In this document: positions 57,366 to 64,000 of the stretch, piece by piece
How positions within the stretch are numbered: position 1 is the stretch's first letter
Layout of the letters: every line of letters begins with the position of its first letter
Assembly: GCA_040377305.1 (NCBI GenBank)
Contig: JBEIPA010000006.1
Location: forward strand, 128,001 to 192,000
Direction: 5' to 3'
Source: Flavobacteriales bacterium
Lineage (GTDB): Bacteria; Bacteroidota; Bacteroidia; Palsa-965
DNA: 64,000 nucleotides
Made by a program: the position numbers and the translations under genes
Notes under the pieces: model-generated
Seen by the model: the letters and a program-made list of their open reading frames with translations, nothing else
What the model was told of the DNA's origin: nothing
Database searches by the model: none

Positions 57366-59246
57366 ATGGCATATTCAGGACGCTCCGGATCGCGTAAACC
57401 GGGTGGAAACAGCGGAAATAGAGGGAAAAGTGGCTCAAAGCCACCATTTAAGCGTGGCGGAAGCTCACGTGGCGACGACGATCGTCCGGCATTCAAAAAG
57501 AAATCTTACGGGGATCGCGACGACAAACCGGCGTTCAAGAAGAAACCATTTGGTGATAAGCCAGCATTCAAACGTCGCGATGACGGAGATGATCGCCCGA
57601 GAAAATCATACGGCGACAAACCGGCATTCGGTGATAAACCAGCGTTCAAACGTCGTAGTTCTGACGGTGATGATCGTCCGAGAAAATCATACGGCGATCG
57701 CGATGACAAACCAGCATTCAAACGTCGTAGTTCTGACGGTGATGATCGTCCGAGAAAATCGTACGGTGATCGCGATGATAAACCAGCATTCAAACGCCGC
57801 AGTTCTGACGGTGATGATCGTCCGAGAAAATCGTACGGTGATCGTGATGATAAACCAGCGTTCAAACGCCGCAGTTCTGACGGTGATGATCGTCCGAGAA
57901 AATCTTTCGGCGATCGCGATGATAAACCAGCATTCAAACGCCGCGAAGGTGGAGATGATCGTCCGAGAAAGTCGTACGGAGATCGTGATGATAAGCCAGC
58001 ATTCAAACGTCGCGAAGGCGGTGATGATCGTCCGAGAAAATCGTACGGTGATCGTGATGATAAACCAGCGTTCAAACGTCGCGAAGACGGTGATGATCGT
58101 CCGAGAAAATCATTCGGAGATCGTGATGACAAACCAGCATTCAAACGTCGCGAAGGCGGTGATGATCGCAGACGCAGTAGCTCTGATCGTCCTGCGTTCC
58201 GCAAACCATTTGGGGATCGCGGAGCAAAACCATCGTGGAAACGCGGTGATAGAAACGAAGGTTCATACGGAGATAAGAAACGTGGTGGTGGAGATGGTGA
58301 ATGGAAAACATTCGACAACCAGGACGAAGCAAGTGCTTTCAAGAAAAGTTATACGCCGAGAAAAGCGCATCGCGGACAAGAAGATGAAGGTGATGGATCA
58401 ATTCGTCTGAACAAATTCGTTGCGAATACAGGTTTATGTTCACGTCGCGAAGCTGATGAAATGATTGAGGCTGGTGTGATCAAAGTGAACGGTGTAATTG
58501 TAACGCAGCTTGGAACGAAAGTGAATCCCGGCGATACAGTTCATTACGGCGATCAGCTTTTGCGTCGTGAGAAATTGGTTTATGTTCTCCTGAACAAACC
58601 GAAAGATTACATCACTACAACGGATGACCCACAGGAACGCAAAACAGTTCTTGATCTCGTGACTGGTGCAGGTGAAGAAAGAATTTATCCGGTAGGTCGT
58701 CTCGACAGAAACACAACCGGAATTCTGTTGCTCACAAACGACGGCGATCTTGCTGAACGTATGATGCATCCGAAGTACAACGTTGAGAAAATTTATCAGG
58801 TGAGTCTCGACATGAATCTTCGCAAAGAAGACTTCGACAAAATTCTCGAAGGAATCGAACTCGAAGACGGTTACATCAAAGCCGACGATCTCAGTTTCGT
58901 TGGCGATGGAGAAGATCACAAAGAAGTTGGAGTTGTTCTTCACTCAGGCCGCAATCGTATTGTGCGTCGCGTGTTCGAACATCTTGGCTACACCGTAAAA
59001 GGTCTCGACCGTGTTGCGTATGCAGGACTCACCAAAAAGAACGTTCCGAAAGGAAAATGGCGCTTTTTGGAACCAAAAGAAGTTGGTTTCCTGAAAATGC
59101 AGGTTGGTGGCGACAAGCAAAAAGGTCGCACTAGTGAAGGCGGAAACAAAAACGCGGGCCGCGGAAAACGTGGTGTTGCAGAGAAACCGGCACCTGTGAG
59201 AAAGACGAAGAAGGTTAAAGAACCGGATACGGATACAGAGGACTAG
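57366..59246 (+). CDS. rluB: 23S rRNA pseudouridine synthase (RluB/RluF/RsuA family) with long repetitive N-terminal extension
   Basis: S4 domain IRLNKFVA..CSRREAD, LNKPKD, YPVGRLDRNTTG, GRNRIVRR. Confidence 0.85.
   Translation: MAYSGRSGSRKPGGNSGNRGKSGSKPPFKRGGSSRGDDDRPAFKKKSYGDRDDKPAFKKKPFGDKPAFKRRDDGDDRPRKSYGDKPAFGDKPAFKRRSSDGDDRPRKSYGDRDDKPAFKRRSSDGDDRPRKSYGDRDDKPAFKRRSSDGDDRPRKSYGDRDDKPAFKRRSSDGDDRPRKSFGDRDDKPAFKRREGGDDRPRKSYGDRDDKPAFKRREGGDDRPRKSYGDRDDKPAFKRREDGDDRPRKSFGDRDDKPAFKRREGGDDRRRSSSDRPAFRKPFGDRGAKPSWKRGDRNEGSYGDKKRGGGDGEWKTFDNQDEASAFKKSYTPRKAHRGQEDEGDGSIRLNKFVANTGLCSRREADEMIEAGVIKVNGVIVTQLGTKVNPGDTVHYGDQLLRREKLVYVLLNKPKDYITTTDDPQERKTVLDLVTGAGEERIYPVGRLDRNTTGILLLTNDGDLAERMMHPKYNVEKIYQVSLDMNLRKEDFDKILEGIELEDGYIKADDLSFVGDGEDHKEVGVVLHSGRNRIVRRVFEHLGYTVKGLDRVAYAGLTKKNVPKGKWRFLEPKEVGFLKMQVGGDKQKGRTSEGGNKNAGRGKRGVAEKPAPVRKTKKVKEPDTDTED
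57475..58200 (+). repeat. Coding tandem repeat of 69-72 nt units
   Basis: About eight units of DDRPRKS(Y/F)GDRDDKPAFKRR(SSDG/EGG). Confidence 0.92.
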
Positions 59247-59253
59247 GCTCAAT

Positions 59254-59445
59254 GGAACGCGGATTTTGATGTCCGTTGTTTTCTAGTCGTTCCACCGGAT
59301 CATTTCGGTAAATTGAAAAACTAGGTTTCGATTTTATGAGATAAGCTTGAGTTTATCTCATAAAATCCAAATTCACGGTTATTGTATTTACAACACTGAA
59401 CAAAAAACCCACCTAACCCCCCACGGACACCAAAACCCGCGTTCC
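59254..59445. repeat. Intergenic segment bounded by ~23-bp imperfect inverted repeats (MITE/REP-like)
   Basis: GGAACGCGGATTTTGATGTCCGT ... ACGGACACCAAAACCCGCGTTCC. Confidence 0.6.
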
Positions 59446-59536
59446 CATCCCACCTCCCAATTAACATTTGGCTCTTAATACTTCCACAGCAGGTATACGA
59501 AACCGCGACTAACGCCGTTCTAACTTTACCTGTCCG

Positions 59537-62206
59537 ATGGAAGAAACGCTGCAAGAGGTAGATCAGGTAAGCAAAACGCGCCGACCGTGGTGGAAGAAAA
59601 TCTTCCGCGCGTTCTTCTGGTTGGGCGGAATCGTCACTTTTCTTTTTGCGTTACTCATCGTTCTCACGTTTGTGTTTGAGGATGACATCAAAAAATATGT
59701 CACCGAAGAACTGAACACACATCTCAACACGAAAATCATTGTTGCTCCTGATGATATCAATCTCACGTTCATCAAAGATTTTCCACTCGCTTCAATTGAG
59801 TTCGAAAATGTAACTGCACTTGACGCGACGAACGACACCATTTCCCGCGACACATTGTTCAGTGCCGGCGAAGTGTCGTTCTCATTCAGCATTCTCGACA
59901 TCTTCCGCGAGAACTACACCATCCGGAATATTGCGCTCGAAGACGGAATGGTTGATGTGCGCGTTGATAAAAACGGAAACGACAACTACCACTTTCTGAA
60001 ATCAGACACGCTAGCAACAGCCAGCGATTCCAGTGAAGTTGCATTCGCCCTGGAAGAAATTACTTTCACGAATGTTGATTTGGGTTACAGCGATGCTCCT
60101 TCCGAAAGCATGTACAAGCTGCATGTGAATGATCTGGTATTCGCCGGAGATTTTGCCAGCGGAGAATTTGCTCTGGAAACCGAAGCCGACTTTCTGATCG
60201 AAGAACTGAAACAGAAAGATGTTTCACTCTTCAAAGGAAACTATGGTCACCTCAATCTCGGGATGAACATTAACACCAAAAGCGGAAGTTACGCAATCAC
60301 TACCGGCGAATTGCAGATCGCAGAATTCATGCTGGATCTTTCCGGCAACATTCAGGACAAACAGAACAATTATCTCGTCGATCTGCTCATCAAAGGTCAG
60401 GACGTTGATATTGCTTCTGCGATTTCACTTCTCCCCGACTCTGCACGCACCAACATTGCCGACTTCGAAAGCACGGGAGAATTTTATTTCGAAGCCACTG
60501 TGAAAGGATTGTCGGGCGATACGCTTACGCCGGATGTTGAAGCCAACTTCGGTATTCGCAATGGCGCAACGTTGACGAAGAAGAATTCCGGAATTACGTT
60601 GAGCGACATTAGTCTTGCCGGTTTATACTCCAACGCTAACAACAGCGATCGACTCGAGATTTCAGAATTCACTGCAAGCACATCAAAGAGTAAACTCAAA
60701 GGATCTTTCTTCATGAAAGGAAAGAATCCGGAGTATGCTGCTTCACTCAGCGGAAATATTGATCTGGCGGAGCTGCAGGAAATCTTTGAATTTGACACCA
60801 TCGACGCGATGAGCGGAAAGATGGATATACACTTTGACGCTTCGGGCATGCAGGTCGATCCGGGTTCACTTACCGCTGCTGATTTGCGCAAATTCAAAAC
60901 GTGGGGCGATCTGAAACTCACGGATGCAATGTTCAGGACGAAAAATTCTTCACTCGACGGTGATAGTCTTAACGGACAACTCACCTTTGACGGAAATAAT
61001 GTCAGCATCAAACAATTCTCCGGCAATTACAGCGGAAGTGATTTCGTAATCAGCGGTTCGGTTAAAAATCTCCTCGGTTTTGCTTTCACTGATGAAGAAA
61101 TACTGGCCATAGACGGCGAAGTGACTTCGAGAAACCTGAATCTTGATAAATTGCTCGCGAGCGATCAAACAGCAAGCAACAACAATTCAGCTTACGAACT
61201 TGTTCTTCCTGAACGGCTGAAGCTTCATCTCAATGCAAATGTGAGACATACCAAGTTTTGTCGCTTTGAAGCCGACGCAATTACGGGCACCGTCGACATC
61301 AAAAACAAAACGCTGTATGCGAATAATGTCAGCTTCCGTTCCATGGAAGGAATTATTACAGGAAACGGAACGATAGATGCAACCGGCGATTCATTGCTGA
61401 TTACGTGCAATTCGAAAATCTCCAATGTAAACATCACCAAAATGTTTTACGTGTTTGAGAACTTCGGACAGGATTCGCTGAACCCAACACTTGGCGACAA
61501 AAACGTAAGCGGCATTCTGAATTCCGATGTTACGTTCGCATCCATGTGGGATACGAAGCTCAACGTGAACGAAAAACAGATTTACACCTTTGCCGATGTT
61601 TCCATTGAGAAAGGTGAACTGAGAAATTTCGAACCACTCCTGGCACTATCACGTTTCATCAGTGTGGATGAGCTCAAGGCAATTAAGTTCAATACGCTCA
61701 AGAACACGATTGAAATTAAGAACCGTGTTGTGAGTCTGCCGAAGATGGAAATCAAATCTTCTGCTGTCGATCTTGCCATGAGCGGCACGCACGACTTTGA
61801 TAATATGATCGATTATCACTTTGTTGTTTCTCTCGACGAGCTACGTGCGCGCAAAGCAAAGACATCCAAAAAAGAGAATGACGAGTTCGGTGAAGAAGTG
61901 GAAGAAGATGGTTCACGTCGCTACAAACTTTATGTTGCCATGAAAGGTCCCATCGACGATCCGAAAATTACTTACATGGATCGAAAAGGTTTTATTGAGC
62001 AGAAGAAAGAAGAAATCCGTCAGGAGAAACAAAACCTGAAAGAAATCCTGAACAAGGAATTCGGCTGGTTCAAGAAAGATTCTACGATCAACCAAGAAGA
62101 CGAAAAAGATCCGAAAGACAAGAAGAAGAACAAGGACGACAAAGGTACCATCGACTTCAAGAAAGGGAAGGATGAAGAGGATGCGCCTGAGGGGGATGAT
62201 TTTTAA
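59537..62206 (+). CDS. AsmA-family protein
   Basis: N-terminal TM anchor, NGNDNYHFLK, long beta-taco-like body, SGTHDFDNMIDYH near the C-terminus. Confidence 0.82.
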   Translation: MEETLQEVDQVSKTRRPWWKKIFRAFFWLGGIVTFLFALLIVLTFVFEDDIKKYVTEELNTHLNTKIIVAPDDINLTFIKDFPLASIEFENVTALDATNDTISRDTLFSAGEVSFSFSILDIFRENYTIRNIALEDGMVDVRVDKNGNDNYHFLKSDTLATASDSSEVAFALEEITFTNVDLGYSDAPSESMYKLHVNDLVFAGDFASGEFALETEADFLIEELKQKDVSLFKGNYGHLNLGMNINTKSGSYAITTGELQIAEFMLDLSGNIQDKQNNYLVDLLIKGQDVDIASAISLLPDSARTNIADFESTGEFYFEATVKGLSGDTLTPDVEANFGIRNGATLTKKNSGITLSDISLAGLYSNANNSDRLEISEFTASTSKSKLKGSFFMKGKNPEYAASLSGNIDLAELQEIFEFDTIDAMSGKMDIHFDASGMQVDPGSLTAADLRKFKTWGDLKLTDAMFRTKNSSLDGDSLNGQLTFDGNNVSIKQFSGNYSGSDFVISGSVKNLLGFAFTDEEILAIDGEVTSRNLNLDKLLASDQTASNNNSAYELVLPERLKLHLNANVRHTKFCRFEADAITGTVDIKNKTLYANNVSFRSMEGIITGNGTIDATGDSLLITCNSKISNVNITKMFYVFENFGQDSLNPTLGDKNVSGILNSDVTFASMWDTKLNVNEKQIYTFADVSIEKGELRNFEPLLALSRFISVDELKAIKFNTLKNTIEIKNRVVSLPKMEIKSSAVDLAMSGTHDFDNMIDYHFVVSLDELRARKAKTSKKENDEFGEEVEEDGSRRYKLYVAMKGPIDDPKITYMDRKGFIEQKKEEIRQEKQNLKEILNKEFGWFKKDSTINQEDEKDPKDKKKNKDDKGTIDFKKGKDEEDAPEGDDF

Positions 62207-62216
62207 CCCCGGAAGT

Positions 62217-62271
62217 GGGAGCGCGGATTTTGAAGTACAGCCGTTGTTAGTTCTTCAAAATCCGCGTTTTT
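62217..62271. terminator. Hairpin between convergent genes, related to the 59254 repeat
   Basis: CGCGGATTTTGAAG ... CTTCAAAATCCGCG followed by a T tract. Confidence 0.7.
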
Positions 62272-62305
62272 CATTTCACATAACCCACGTTGCCTTTTAG
62301 AACGA

Positions 62306-64000
62306 TCAGAATTCAATCCTGTAACTCAACACCGGAATCAAAGGAGCCTGATAATTCCACTCCACAGAATTTTTATCGGCATCATAGTATTTGTTGAATA
62401 CGTTTTTTCGATTCGAAACATTCTGAATGTCGAGTGAAACAGTGCTTGTCCACTTTGCGTAGTTGCGCTTTACACTCACGCGAATATCAGTGCGGAAATA
62501 GTCGGGCATTTTTTCCGTGAATGCATTCACTTCGTCATACACCGTACTTCCTTCCATTTGCGATTGCGTGAGATTGATCGGACTGTCGTAGTAACCTCCT
62601 GCGTAAATGAACTTGACGTTGCATCCTATTACACGTCCTTTGCGCTTCTCGCTTAGTGTCCACTCTTTACCACCCGTGAAGGTTACGAGATACTTTCCGT
62701 TGTAGCGGGAATTGCGCCAAACACCTTCCAGGGTTTTGTAATTGGAATTGAACAACGAGCCCGACCAGAGGAAGTACGATCCTTTGCTGAAGAACTTTTC
62801 GAACGTAACTTCGAGTCCGTAGTTTCTACCCTTGCCTTCCGACACCAGACTATCGCGCACACCATCCCAGATTTCATTCGAAAGGGAATATGTACTCGAC
62901 GCGCTTGCTCCAACCGGAAGATTGTACAACCACTGATGATACGCTTCCACTTTCACCCGCAAATCCTGCGCAATGCTTCTGTCGTATGACAACACCAGGT
63001 GGTGCGCCTTCAACAGATCGAGATCGGTGTTTGTGGTGATGGAAGTTCCGTCGGCGAAATTCGTTTTCGTAAAGTAAGCGGCGAGCGGAAGAACCTGGCT
63101 GTGTAAACCATATCCAAGACTCACAGATTGACGGTCGGTGAGCGCATAACGCACAGACGCTCGTGGCTCAACGGAAATCTTGTTGTTCAATGCCAGGTAC
63201 AAGGAATGAAATCCGCTATTCAGCGTAAGCTTTTCCGTTGGGCGATATTGCCATTGTGTAAAAGCCTGCAGCACTTGCGTTGTACCATTTGCATTCGTGA
63301 AGTTCTTCGTGACCTGATCCACTTCGTCGTAGTAGTGCCCGTTGAGCTTATAGCCCTGATGGCTTGCTATCACTCCGGAACGAAACGTGTGGTGTGTATT
63401 GACCTTGTTCGTCAACACCGCAGAAACGGTGAACTTATTCTGAGCGTACGAATTGAAAAATGTTTCACGCGTGGTATAATCGTTGAGCGTGTAAATTTCC
63501 TTATAGCCAATCGCCGTTGAAGATGCTACTGCTGCAACTTTGAGATACGAATGATCACTCATGGATTTACTCCACGTCATTCCCGACGCACCGGTGTTGG
63601 CGAAAAACTTGCTGGAGTAACGATCCCAGTCAGTTTCCCACAATGTTGAATCGTGTTTTGCCTTGTACACTTCGCTGCTTAATCCGCCGAAGCCGAAGAA
63701 AGTGAACGTTCCGTACTTGTCTGTTGGAAGAACAATGTTGTACGACAAATCCTGGAACGTAGTCACTCCTCCGTCGCCGAGAATCCCCATCTTCCCGAGC
63801 AAGCCCAATGTTGAATAGCGGTAATTTACGAGATAAGATCCACGATGCTTTCGCGACAACGGACCTTCTGCCGCAACATCCATTCCGAGAACCCCGGCCT
63901 GAAATGTAAACTCGGTTTGTTCGTTGTTCCCTTTGCGCAAACGCAGATCGAAAACTCCCGACGATGCATTTCCGTATTCAGAAGCAAATGCCCCCGTCAC
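62306..64000 (-). CDS. TonB-dependent receptor (5' part outside the window)
   Basis: TGAFASEYGNASSGVFD plug end, EPRASVRY, GKGRNYGLE, C-terminal SYRIEF. Confidence 0.9.
   Translation of the reverse strand: MTGAFASEYGNASSGVFDLRLRKGNNEQTEFTFQAGVLGMDVAAEGPLSRKHRGSYLVNYRYSTLGLLGKMGILGDGGVTTFQDLSYNIVLPTDKYGTFTFFGFGGLSSEVYKAKHDSTLWETDWDRYSSKFFANTGASGMTWSKSMSDHSYLKVAAVASSTAIGYKEIYTLNDYTTRETFFNSYAQNKFTVSAVLTNKVNTHHTFRSGVIASHQGYKLNGHYYDEVDQVTKNFTNANGTTQVLQAFTQWQYRPTEKLTLNSGFHSLYLALNNKISVEPRASVRYALTDRQSVSLGYGLHSQVLPLAAYFTKTNFADGTSITTNTDLDLLKAHHLVLSYDRSIAQDLRVKVEAYHQWLYNLPVGASASSTYSLSNEIWDGVRDSLVSEGKGRNYGLEVTFEKFFSKGSYFLWSGSLFNSNYKTLEGVWRNSRYNGKYLVTFTGGKEWTLSEKRKGRVIGCNVKFIYAGGYYDSPINLTQSQMEGSTVYDEVNAFTEKMPDYFRTDIRVSVKRNYAKWTSTVSLDIQNVSNRKNVFNKYYDADKNSVEWNYQAPLIPVLSYRIEF

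Noticed and set aside
57475-58200. Regular 69-72 nt repeats as a CRISPR array
   Set aside because: No unique spacers, variation is at codon third positions, the repeats are in frame in a CDS, and no cas genes are present.
57403-58410. Long overlapping +1 frame (335 aa) and antisense (278 aa) ORFs
   Set aside because: By-products of a stop-free coding repeat; the translations are low-complexity with no independent support.

Overview
Gene-dense chromosomal window from a Bacteroidota bacterium, as shown by T9SS C-terminal sorting domains, TAnnTTTG -7 promoters and the metG / LD-carboxypeptidase / yraN order. It holds housekeeping genes (pepA, mqnC, metG, an RluB-like pseudouridine synthase, an AsmA-like protein, a partial TonB-dependent receptor), a six-gene fatty-acid modification cluster, two membrane class III nucleotide cyclases, several T9SS cargo proteins, three two-component systems and a FadL-esterase-SGNH lipid uptake unit. 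The most striking structure is at 33766-34203. There a tRNA-Arg(CCT) gene is split in its D-loop by a 366-bp insert with terminal inverted repeats, and the insert carries a second complete tRNA-Arg(CCT) plus a GIY-YIG nuclease whose stop codon lies in the host tRNA 3' half. Other notable items are tRNA and ompA 3'-end duplications bracketing small hydrolase cassettes, an apparent in-frame fusion of an adhesin N-terminus to a TPR-PD40-OmpA protein, an SGNH-like lipoprotein lacking the canonical catalytic Ser, a repeated NarL-type operator motif, and several families of small intergenic repeats. All calls come from reading motifs by eye; no database searches were run.
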